A stretch of DNA of 64,000 nucleotides from Longimicrobiales bacterium (GCA_965248195.1 CBDFIQ010000001.1:832001-896000), one strand, 5' to 3'; counted from the stretch's first letter, positions 9,249-17,504 are shown. A program made the numbers and translations. Notes: a model not told the origin generated them from the sequence alone.

Positions 9249-9880
9249 GCGGCAGATTCCCCGATCCGTCGGGCCAGCTTGGGACCGATCCCTTTGATCT
9301 CGCTTACGTCCTCCAGCGAGCGTAGATCTGAGAACGTCTCGATCCCAGCGGCCGTCAAAGCTCGCAAGCCCGGAAACTCCGGAGGCAGCCGATCCGCGGG
9401 AGCGAGACCCGCCGCCTCGAGCTCATCGGCAACTGCGGCCAGGTCGCGCAGTAGCTCTTCGCTGCACACGACCATGGTTTCGGTTGCTTCAGCCGGTGAC
9501 ATGATTCCGACGACCCGCGGACCCCACGAGCCAGGGATCGCGAGCAAAGCGGCGCGTGTCGCATCAAGCACCTTCGCCAAGACCGACCGGTGGTCGTCGA
9601 GGTTTACGACGAGACCCTCAGCCTTCGCCACCTCGATTCGACGACGCCGGATCTCGAGACGTTCCTTCTCAAGCCGGGCTTGGCCCAAGTCGCTTGGGCC
9701 CGACCGCGCCGCCTCCGCTCGCAAAATATCCGCGTGCGCCTGGACACACTCCATCACAGGATAGCGCCCACGACTCGCTTTCGGGAAAATGCCCTCACTC
9801 GCGAGTTGCTGGATCCGTCGAGGGGTCACCTTGAACAGGTCCGCAAGCTCTTGGGCACTCGCGTTTCCTAGATCGAGAAT
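9245..9880 (-). CDS. Terminase small subunit (Nu1-like) with C-terminal HhH; probable ATT start
   Basis: HTH SAQELADLFKVTPRRIQQL begins upstream of the tracked GTG (9829); GGGAGGG 7 nt before ATT at 9880. Confidence 0.8.
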   Translation of the reverse strand: MLDLGNASAQELADLFKVTPRRIQQLASEGIFPKASRGRYPVMECVQAHADILRAEAARSGPSDLGQARLEKERLEIRRRRIEVAKAEGLVVNLDDHRSVLAKVLDATRAALLAIPGSWGPRVVGIMSPAEATETMVVCSEELLRDLAAVADELEAAGLAPADRLPPEFPGLRALTAAGIETFSDLRSLEDVSEIKGIGPKLARRIGESAA

Positions 9881-9898
9881 CCGAAGGCCCTCCCAACC

Positions 9899-9991
9899 AA
9901 AACGAAACCGAAACCGACTTTTTCAAGGTCTGTGGCTAGCGAAATTCGGCACTCTTGCGTGACCCGTCGGGGGAAGTGACGAGAAGGACCC
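9899..9991 (-). promoter_or_regulatory. Lambda-like cos region (cosQ, cosN-like, cosB-like)
   Basis: Minus strand GGGTCCT (lambda cosQ heptamer, 9985-9991) ... CCGACGGGTCACG ... TTTCGCTA; CGAAAC repeats; immediately upstream of terS. Confidence 0.7.
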
Positions 9992-10169
9992 CGCAGCTTC
10001 TTACGTCCGCCACGAGGCCCAACAGCTCGCTCCGAGTGGGTAAAAACAGCGGGGTGTGACGGGTGTGACGGGCCTGTAGTATTGTTTTGAATACGCGCGC
10101 GCGTGGAGGGGAACCTCTAGACCCTGTCACACCTGTCACACTTGGGGTAGGTAAGCCATTCTTGACCGG
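9971..10169. repeat. 199-bp inverted repeat, left copy
   Basis: Reverse complement of 13804-14002 (no mismatch seen by eye; translations identical). Confidence 0.95.
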
Positions 10170-10173
10170 GCTC

Positions 10174-10464
10174 TCAGAGCGCATCAGTCTGCTCCTGGAC
10201 GTGATTTCCGTCCTCAATACCGACCCCGAGCCAAAAACGGCGCTGTCTCCGTTTCCCCGAATCATCGGTGTAACGTTTGCGCTTCTGGCGGCAACCGTTT
10301 TCGTGGAGCCAGTCGCCCATGTCTTTGGACGGCGGATCGATTCCCTCTGCGGCTGCCCATTCGGTGAGTCTGCCTTTGGGGTTGAATATTCGGACCCCAG
10401 GCACGTCGCCCTCCCGCATCTCGATCAGCATGTCCATCTCGGAGCCGATCGCAGTCCCGCTCAC
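10174..10464 (-). CDS. Hypothetical protein resembling the C-terminal winged helix of P4/D5-type primase-helicases
   Basis: W..EG..P ... L...G...KR ... RFWLGVGI pattern followed by iterons. Confidence 0.45.
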   Translation of the reverse strand: MSGTAIGSEMDMLIEMREGDVPGVRIFNPKGRLTEWAAAEGIDPPSKDMGDWLHENGCRQKRKRYTDDSGKRRQRRFWLGVGIEDGNHVQEQTDAL

Positions 10465-11138
10465 CGCGCTGTCCTCACCGCCCGATCGAAGCTCGCCTCG
10501 AAGTTGCTCTCGAAGCTCTGCTCGAACACGGTCTGGGCCGTGACCTCGAACTCGAGCGAGGGCTCGATTTCGGCTTTCGGCGTGAACGAGAAGAGCATCC
10601 TGAGCTTTCCGACGCGACGCTGACCCCGTGGCTTACGCTTTCCCCCACGCCGTCCAAGCCGCTGCAATATCGCCCCGGTGCCGTCAGCCCTGCGGATCAT
10701 GAACGTGCGCTTCTTGCCCCTGTCGACCTCCGCCCTCGGGCCGCTGCCCCAGCGTTCGAACTCCAGACGCCGGGGTCGCATGACCCGCGACACCACACCG
10801 GTCTTGCCCCGTCGCACTTCATCGGGCACGGCCAGGCGTGTGCCACGAGGCCGCACTGTCCCACCCTCCTCGAACTTGAACAGGAACTCGCGCGTCCGAT
10901 CGATCTCGACGATCGCCTCGAGGTCCCGCTTCGTGCTGAACTTGCTGAACTTCACACCCTGCAGCACGTAGGCCCGGCGGATCGTGAAGCGTTTGCGCAT
11001 GCCCGCACGCTGCTCCGTCTGGATGCCCCTCGCGGTCTGGTTGATCGCGAGCGACGTCGCGAACGGCACCTGGTCGCGGAACAGGAAGCGGAGCGAGCGC
11101 GCAACCTCGCCCGCGTTGCTGTCCACGTCGATTCTCAT
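10461..11138 (-). CDS. Basic phage morphogenesis protein (gpZ/gp10-like)
   Basis: QVPFATSLAINQTA motif; ends FDRAVRTAR; upstream of cos. Confidence 0.7.
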   Translation of the reverse strand: MRIDVDSNAGEVARSLRFLFRDQVPFATSLAINQTARGIQTEQRAGMRKRFTIRRAYVLQGVKFSKFSTKRDLEAIVEIDRTREFLFKFEEGGTVRPRGTRLAVPDEVRRGKTGVVSRVMRPRRLEFERWGSGPRAEVDRGKKRTFMIRRADGTGAILQRLGRRGGKRKPRGQRRVGKLRMLFSFTPKAEIEPSLEFEVTAQTVFEQSFESNFEASFDRAVRTAR

Positions 11139-11155
11139 GCCACAGCCCTTGAATG

Positions 11156-11207
11156 AAAAAACCCGACACCTCGATCCCTTGCGCGCTCTGGGGGTCGTGG
11201 TGCCGGG
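11156..11207 (-). terminator. Intrinsic terminator/attenuator at start of late operon
   Basis: Stem CCCGGCACCACGACCCC / GGGATCGAGGTGTCGGG followed by T6. Confidence 0.75.
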
Positions 11208-11248
11208 GTCCCGGTATGGGGTGCCCGACGTCGCTTTTACTGTCTACA

Positions 11249-11278
11249 AAGCTAGGGCTTCTGGTCCTGCCGGGTCAA
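11249..11278 (-). promoter_or_regulatory. Putative late promoter
   Basis: TTGACC-N18-TAGCTT. Confidence 0.55.
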
Positions 11279-11380
11279 CAGGAGCAGGTCGTCTCGTGCA
11301 TCACGTGTTGTTATCGTGTTCCGTAACGCGATAATGCACGATCAAAATGATGGGTAGTGTACTAATTACCCTCGAAGGGC

Positions 11381-11563
11381 CTATTCGCCATCCTCGGATG
11401 CGACCGGCTGCCGTGTGATCCGTCCCTTGTACATCTCAAGATTCGTCGCGATGGCCTTTTTCAGTAGTTCGTAATCGGCCTCGCTCATGGGGATTGGCAT
11501 CCGCAAAGTAGCAGTTCCGCCATCCAGTAGAACCGGGAGATCAAACGGTTCACTAGCTCTCAT
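11381..11563 (-). CDS. Hypothetical protein
   Basis: Short ORF MRASEPFDLPV... overlapping the end of the upstream ORF. Confidence 0.45.
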   Translation of the reverse strand: MRASEPFDLPVLLDGGTATLRMPIPMSEADYELLKKAIATNLEMYKGRITRQPVASEDGE

Positions 11564-11975
11564 GCGGTACCCCCTTTGTGGACCCATGAGCCAACGTTCT
11601 GAGAAACGCTAGGATCAACCGAAGGGACGGGGGTAGGCGGTCGCGTTCGTTGCCCGCAAAGGTGATGACCGTGACCTCCTGCCCCCAACTCGTATACCGA
11701 CGAGTCACGTCCTCAATGTACCGGACGTGACGGGCGAGACGATGGGCATGTGAGTCAAATGCTCCAGCCATCGGGCGGTTCAACCATAGCCACAGGTGGC
11801 CAGCGTCCCGCTCCCCGCCCTGTCTTACATGGCCCGCGCAGGACTGAAGGGTGCAGACGCCCGGTAGCGCGTTGATGCGGTCGCACCACGGTACAATATC
11901 GGGATCAGGGTAACCGACACCGCCGGAATCTCCCTCTGGGACGAGCTGTACCTTCGCCTCACCCCACGACGCCAA
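11553..11975 (-). CDS. Hypothetical protein with TYW3-like motif
   Basis: DPDIVPWCDRINALPGVCTLQSCAGH. Confidence 0.55.
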   Translation of the reverse strand: MASWGEAKVQLVPEGDSGGVGYPDPDIVPWCDRINALPGVCTLQSCAGHVRQGGERDAGHLWLWLNRPMAGAFDSHAHRLARHVRYIEDVTRRYTSWGQEVTVITFAGNERDRLPPSLRLILAFLRTLAHGSTKGVPHES

Positions 11976-12307
11976 ACAAATTCCTTGTCGGCGTTAGTCA
12001 GCCATCGATTCTCTGAAAACAGATTTTCGCGTGTCAACCCCTTCGGCCCCTTCTCAAGATTCAAACTGACCCACTACCAGGTCGTCGGTAGTGTCCTAGT
12101 TTGAAGTGGTCGGCTTGATCCGCTTCCGCTGTTCAGCACTACGGACACGCGGGTTTTCGTCAGTTCAGCCGCCGCCGGGCTCGCCTTCAGACTACTGGAG
12201 ACGACATCGGGAAGCGGTGATTTGGCCTTGAAGGTGTTGGTGATGGCCAGTCACGCCCCCCGTTGAGGTGGTGGTAGGAACTGCTGGTAGACGAACCTCC
12301 CGCCTTT

Positions 12308-12601
12308 CTAGCTCTTTATCAGGAAGAAGAGCTGTGCGCAGGCGACGAAGAGGGTCAGGAAGGTGAGAACGACGACGACCCGGGTCAGGACGGTCGTGGT
12401 CCGGTTCAATCGCTCCACAAAACGCTTGGTGAGGACCGCGTTCAGCGTGATGCATCGATTACTCGCCTTGAGCCAGACCTGGCCGCTACGGAGAGGGGTA
12501 GAGCACAGTACATCCAGGTAGGCCAAGAGCCGGTCGTCATCTTCCTGCCGGTAGCTCCTGTCCTCGAATGCGACGTTCACGTCGTCATGTGTGACAGTCA
12601 T
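12308..12601 (-). CDS. Hypothetical membrane protein
   Basis: GAGG RBS; C-terminal TM helix. Confidence 0.6.
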   Translation of the reverse strand: MTVTHDDVNVAFEDRSYRQEDDDRLLAYLDVLCSTPLRSGQVWLKASNRCITLNAVLTKRFVERLNRTTTVLTRVVVVLTFLTLFVACAQLFFLIKS

Positions 12602-12653
12602 TGACTTGTTTCCTCTGCGGGCCAGGCGGAACGGTTCGCGGAGTACAACCCCG

Positions 12654-12866
12654 TCATGAGCCGGCGGGTCCTGCGACCACGGTTTCCCGCTCCGTGTCCC
12701 CTCGCTCGTCCGTGCTGTCCAGTGTCCGCCATTCCACCGTCCGGATGCGGCCCGCTTTGAAGTGCACGTATAGGTGGCCCGTGTGCTCGTTCTCCGGCAG
12801 TAGACCTAGCCGTGCATCCACGATCTCCTGGAGCACCCTGCGGACCTCGGTGTCGCTGCTCACCAC
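12654..12866 (-). CDS. Small protein, DUF2292/YezD-like pattern
   Basis: HTGHLYVHFKAGRIRTVE pattern. Confidence 0.5.
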   Translation of the reverse strand: MVSSDTEVRRVLQEIVDARLGLLPENEHTGHLYVHFKAGRIRTVEWRTLDSTDERGDTERETVVAGPAGS

Positions 12867-13039
12867 CCCATGTCCACGATCCAGCGCCAGGCCCAGACGT
12901 TCAGCGCGATCACCGATAGCAGCAGCCCGCTCAGAAGGCCGACCAGGATGAGCGTCGTCACGAGACCGTAGAACGTCTTTCGGATGCGGGGGCCCAAAGG
13001 AAGCTCTGGCTTCATCGTGGTCTTGCCGTTGCTCCTCAT
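12860..13039 (-). CDS. Small phage membrane protein
   Basis: Long hydrophobic stretch; overlapping neighbours. Confidence 0.5.
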   Translation of the reverse strand: MRSNGKTTMKPELPLGPRIRKTFYGLVTTLILVGLLSGLLLSVIALNVWAWRWIVDMGW

Positions 13040-13360
13040 GCCACCGCCCTCACGTCTCTGGAGAGACCTCTTCGATGCTCCGCTCGTCGGCATACGGCTC
13101 GATCTCGTTGTAGTAGGCTGTCACGCCGCTTCATGCCTCACCACCCGCCTTCCTGCCTTCCCAGTCGTGCCTTCTCGGGAGTCCATCATCCGCCCTCTGC
13201 GGCCATCGCAATATCTTCGCGAATCTCGGACTCGCCACTCACGCCACGCTTCTCCGGTCATGCCCTTCGACCGTGATGTGCCGGAAATTCTGGGGCCCGA
13301 GCCAGACCAGCGAGCCAGATTTGAAGCTCGGCGAGCGTCACGATCTGGTCCCACCAGAAT

Positions 13361-13486
13361 GCACATGGGACACATCAACCACATAGTTCCGGCCGGTCGG
13401 ACCAGTTTTTGCATAGACCGCAGCATAACATCTGCCAAAAGTGGTCGCGTGGGGGGTAACTATGTGGTCCATGTGTCTCATGTGTC
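13361..13486. repeat. Inverted iteron array (3x CACAT / 3x ATGTG, 9-bp period)
   Basis: CACAT at 13362, 13371, 13380; ATGTG at 13462, 13471, 13480. Confidence 0.8.
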
Positions 13487-13803
13487 GCTCTCAACTCCCG
13501 ATCGATCGATGCTCCATGTGCGACGATGACGACGAAGTACGAGTCCTCCGATGGGCCGGTCTTTAGCCTCACGGAAGGTGGCCCCAAGACTGGCTCCCGT
13601 GGCCCCGACCACCACCACGTCGTGGGGCCAAGGACGCGCGAAAAGCTCTCCGCTGATGATCGCTTCATATCGAAATTCGTCGTACGTGGTCATCAGGAGA
13701 CACCGCCTGAAGTCCTGTACCGCAGACTCAACCCTCGGGTGTGGCCTCGAGAAGTCTGCAAGCTCCGGGATCCGTGAGATCACAGCATTCGCCAACTGTC
13801 CAA

Positions 13804-14002
13804 CCGGTCAAGAATGGCTTACCTACCCCAAGTGTGACAGGTGTGACAGGGTCTAGAGGTTCCCCTCCACGCGCGCGCGTATTCAAAACAATACTACAGG
13901 CCCGTCACACCCGTCACACCCCGCTGTTTTTACCCACTCGGAGCGAGCTGTTGGGCCTCGTGGCGGACGTAAGAAGCTGCGGGGTCCTTCTCGTCACTTC
14001 CC
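13804..14002. repeat. 199-bp inverted repeat, right copy
   Basis: Reverse complement of 9971-10169. Confidence 0.95.
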
Positions 14003-14008
14003 TCGACG

Positions 14009-14162
14009 CAGGCTGAAGATGCGTTCTCGCGGTTCGCAGCTCGGTCTCAGCGTCACCGCATTTTTGACACGTGAAATCGTCGCGTTGCAAGACCTCGAGT
14101 CTCTTCTTCTGCCACTTCGGGTGTCTATAATCGCTCACAAATCCCTCTGGTTTCCTGGCCAA
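14009..14162 (-). pseudogene. HNH endonuclease, truncated
   Basis: HPKWQKKRLEVLQRDDFTCQKCG, then loses the HNH core where the repeat-bearing segment starts. Confidence 0.8.
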
Positions 14163-15055
14163 TTCCCGACCTCGTCAGCCATCGCTTCACGAATCTGCAG
14201 ATTCCGGTAACTAAGCCACACCGGAATCGAGCCCTTGTCACCATGGCGGTTCTTACCCACGATGGCCCACGTCATAGCTCCCTTGCCCTTCTCGACTTCG
14301 TAGCGTGAGTGATCGAGCATGACGATCTGGTCAGCTTCGTTTTCCATAGCAGCGCCGCCGTGCAAGCCCTGAATCGTGGGGCTGTCGTGGTAGTTCTTAC
14401 TCGTTTCGCGGTTGAATTGGCTAAGCCCGACGGTGAGCACCCGATGCTCTTTCGCGAAGTTGCTGACCGAGCGCGAGACATGAGCGACCTCCTCCGGACC
14501 TGTGACGCCCGGTGATCCCAAGAGCTGCATGTAGTCAATGATGAACAGGCTGACGCCGAGCGAGCGCCACCAATTCATTAGGCCCAAAATCTCGGCGACA
14601 TCGTAGAATCGTTGGTCGTTCACCTGGAACGGCGCATCATCCTCGTGCTCTTGGATTTTCTCAATCGCCACGTTCGTCTCGTCGTAGTCGAAGTGCCTAC
14701 CTCTCTCTAGTTTTCGGATGTCGGCGCCCGTCCGGATCGCGAGGTTCCTGATCGCAAGTTGCTTGTGGCTCATCTCGAGACTCACGTAGCCGACAGCAAC
14801 ACCTTGCGTTGTGGCCTGAGCTCCTAAGTTGATAGCGAAGAGGCTTTTCCCGTGACCCGGGTTACCAGCGATGATCACGTGCCATCCCATCGCCATGCCC
14901 TCAGCTCCACCCTCGTCACCGCAGAACCTGCTCCACGTTGGCAGTATCGTCGGCACGTAATCCATGCCCGGCCTCAGTGGCCGGTTTTGGAAATCTGCGA
15001 GCCCGTCGAGATAGTCCGGCTTGTTGATTCGGTGGTCTTCGAAGTGGTCGCTCAC
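14135..15055 (-). CDS. DnaB-like replicative helicase (C-terminal domain only)
   Basis: GNPGHGKS, IIDYMQLL, LSQFNRE, ENEADQIVML, KNRHG. Confidence 0.9.
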   Translation of the reverse strand: MSDHFEDHRINKPDYLDGLADFQNRPLRPGMDYVPTILPTWSRFCGDEGGAEGMAMGWHVIIAGNPGHGKSLFAINLGAQATTQGVAVGYVSLEMSHKQLAIRNLAIRTGADIRKLERGRHFDYDETNVAIEKIQEHEDDAPFQVNDQRFYDVAEILGLMNWWRSLGVSLFIIDYMQLLGSPGVTGPEEVAHVSRSVSNFAKEHRVLTVGLSQFNRETSKNYHDSPTIQGLHGGAAMENEADQIVMLDHSRYEVEKGKGAMTWAIVGKNRHGDKGSIPVWLSYRNLQIREAMADEVGNWPGNQRDL

Positions 15056-15334
15056 TGAGCGCTCCTACGAAGCCCGGCGTTCGAAGAGGTGTCTCGGTGC
15101 TTGCTGTCGGGACTGAGGGCTATCGTCACCCAACGGTCCCGCCTCTCCTCGTTTCGAAAAATGCTTTCGGGGTACTGGTATTCTCGTTTGCCCATGTGGT
15201 GCTCGGATTGCGTCACCGCCTTCAAAACTCGCCTGAATGTTTCGATCGGTTCGTTCTCGCCCCTCAGTTGTTCGTTGTAGAGCTTTCGTAAAGCTAAACT
15301 TCGGGCCTTCGTTAACTTCGGTTTCCTTCCTTCC

Positions 15335-16710
15335 GGTAGTGTCCCTAGATTTGTGTAAAAGCGGATAAGCTGGACAGGAGGGAAAGAAAAACGGAAGCTC
15401 CTCTGTTGTTGTTCACTGTCACATGAACCCGGGAGTCCGGGTCTGCAGAGCAGGCTCGGAACCGGAGAGGAGCTTCCGATGCAAGAGATTGTGGAGATCG
15501 GTCGGGCCACGCAAGACGAGCTACGCGATGATTTGCGCGAGCTGTTTCAAGGCGCGATCCGGCTGACGCTCGAGATGGTGCTGGAAGAGGAGCTGAAGGC
15601 CATGGTAGGTGCACGCCGCTTCGAGCGGGTGGGAAGCCGGAAGGACCATAGGAACGGCACATACCTGAGGCGGCTGCTGACGAGCCTGGGGCAGATCGAG
15701 GTCGCCATGCCCCGGAGCCGGGACAACGGTTCGCCGGCCGACGTGATCGGCCGCTACCAGCGCAGGAGCCCCGAGCTCGACGAGATGATGGTCGAGGCGT
15801 ATGTGAGCGGCGTGTCACAGCGCAAGATGGGCGACGTCACCGAGGCGCTGATGGGCGAGCGTGTTGGGCGCTCGACGGTGAGTCGTGTGGCAAAACGGCT
15901 CGACGAGGCCGTGGAAGGGCTGCGCCGTGCGCCGATCGAGGGGCCTCACCCCTATCTGTACCTGGACGCCACGTTCTTGGACGCCCGCTGGGCCCGCAAA
16001 GTCGAGAACGTGAGTGCGCTCGTGGCGTATGCAGTGGGCCCTGAGGGTCACCGACGGCTCCTGGCCGTCACGCTGGGCGCTGAGGAGTCGCAGCAGAGCT
16101 GGTCGGAGCTCCTCGAGCAACTCCAGGACCGCGGCCTCGGCGGTGTCGAGCTCGTGATCGCCGATGAGCACGCAGGCCTGGCAGCTGCGGTCCGCCGCTT
16201 CCTGCCCGAGGCACGCCGTCAGAGGTGTACGGTCCATCTGCAGCGTAATGTGGGGGCGAGGGTCCCCCACCGCCTACGCAAGCGCGTGGCGCGTGAGGTC
16301 TCGGTGATCTTCCAGACATCCGGACTCGCCGAGGCGAAGAAGCTCCTGGGCGAGTTCGGCGCACGCTGGAAGAAGGAGCTGCCCGAGGCCGTGGAGGTCC
16401 TGGAGCGGGGCTTCGGGGCAGCGACGCAGTTCTACGCGTTCCCCGAGGCGCACTGGCCCCGGCTGCGTACCACCAACAGCCTCGAGCGGCTGCACGGCGA
16501 GATCAAACGCAGGATCAAGGCCGCCGGCGCCTTCCCGGACCGGGCCAGCGCCCTCAGGCTCATCACGGCCGTCGCACTCAGGACCACACACGTCTGGGGC
16601 GACCGGCGTTACCTCGACCTCTCACTCCTCCAGAAACAGGAGGTCGCCCAAGCAGCCTAGCCGAAGGCGAGGAGCTTCCTCCGCTTTTACACACAAATCG
16701 GGACTTGACC
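15335..16710 (+). mobile_element. IS256-family element, copy 1
   Basis: Ends GGTAGTGTCCCTAGATTTGTGTAA / TTACACACAAATCGGGACTTGACC; 8-bp TSD TTCCTTCC. Confidence 0.95.
15479..16660 (+). CDS. IS256-family transposase
   Basis: YLYLDA, VIADEH, QRCTVH, RTTNSLERLHGEIKRR. Confidence 0.96.
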   Translation: MQEIVEIGRATQDELRDDLRELFQGAIRLTLEMVLEEELKAMVGARRFERVGSRKDHRNGTYLRRLLTSLGQIEVAMPRSRDNGSPADVIGRYQRRSPELDEMMVEAYVSGVSQRKMGDVTEALMGERVGRSTVSRVAKRLDEAVEGLRRAPIEGPHPYLYLDATFLDARWARKVENVSALVAYAVGPEGHRRLLAVTLGAEESQQSWSELLEQLQDRGLGGVELVIADEHAGLAAAVRRFLPEARRQRCTVHLQRNVGARVPHRLRKRVAREVSVIFQTSGLAEAKKLLGEFGARWKKELPEAVEVLERGFGAATQFYAFPEAHWPRLRTTNSLERLHGEIKRRIKAAGAFPDRASALRLITAVALRTTHVWGDRRYLDLSLLQKQEVAQAA

Positions 16711-17258
16711 TTCCTTCCCCGCAAAAAACCTCAAGCCAAATCGCCCACATCTCGGAAACGGGTTCTTTTTCCGTTTCCGGGTAGTTGTTGTTTGTCTTTG
16801 TCTCTGTCTCTGTAGGCGTAACAGCCGTAACGTTACGCGTAACGCCATTTTCGGCTCTTGTAATTTCTCGTTCTCCAGATTCCTTAAGTTCTTGTTGGCG
16901 CTGGCGATAGCGCCTCATACGTTCGGCTGCCGTGGGGTCCATTTGCCGCTCGGCCCAGCCGGTCACTACCCATTCCTCACCGTCAACAACGAGCGCCCCA
17001 TCCTTTTTTGCGGCGTCCTCCATCTTCGTTACGGCGTTACGCGTAACGCACCATGTCTGGGCCGCGACGGTTGTCGATAGACGCTTGACCGCGCCCGAAC
17101 TACCGTGGGCCTTCACGTAGCAGAGCAGTTCTACCCATGCGAGACGAGCAATCGGTTCAAGTCCTAATAGCCACTCAGACCGTGACCATGTGGTGTCGAG
17201 ACGTATCCATCGGCCAGGCATTACGAGCGATGCCCCCCCCACTGGAACGACGGTCGCT

Positions 17259-17480
17259 TCATGGCCTCCCCCTCCAGCGGCCCGGCTCCTGCCACTCGCC
17301 ACTCTCCAGCAGATCCAGCGCCCGCCCCGCGATCGCTTCGAAATGCCCTGCACGGTGCCTCAGATCCCGCATCGTCTCTAGCCGCTCCATCAGTTCGTCA
17401 TGCGTCCCGTGCGGACAGCCCGTCAGCGTCTGCCGCGCTATACGCTCCAGCTCGCGTGGCACCAAGGCCGGTTGCCTCAT
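17259..17480 (-). CDS. Hypothetical phage protein
   Basis: RBS GGGGAG; coupled ORF. Confidence 0.5.
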   Translation of the reverse strand: MRQPALVPRELERIARQTLTGCPHGTHDELMERLETMRDLRHRAGHFEAIAGRALDLLESGEWQEPGRWRGRP

Positions 17481-17504
17481 TCACTCGCTCCCCTTCGGTT
17501 CATA

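Larger units (their letters stand above)
11353..12105. mobile_element. IS-end remnants (GGTAGTG-type, IS1595/IS256-like) with passenger ORFs, no transposase
   Basis: GGTAGTGTACTAATTACC at 11353; TTCAAACTGACCCACTACC 12060-12078; GGTAGTGTCCTAGTTTGAA 12087-12105. Confidence 0.55.
15052..17221 (-). pseudogene. Phage replication initiator split by IS256
   Basis: Removing the IS and one TSD rejoins ...EVFCGEG-RKPKLTKAR... in frame; internal GTAACG/CGTTAC repeats; upstream of helicase. Confidence 0.85.

Noticed and set aside
9971..14002. Repeat pair as DGR template/variable repeats
   Set aside because: No adenine-specific mismatches, inverted non-coding context, and no reverse transcriptase in the window.
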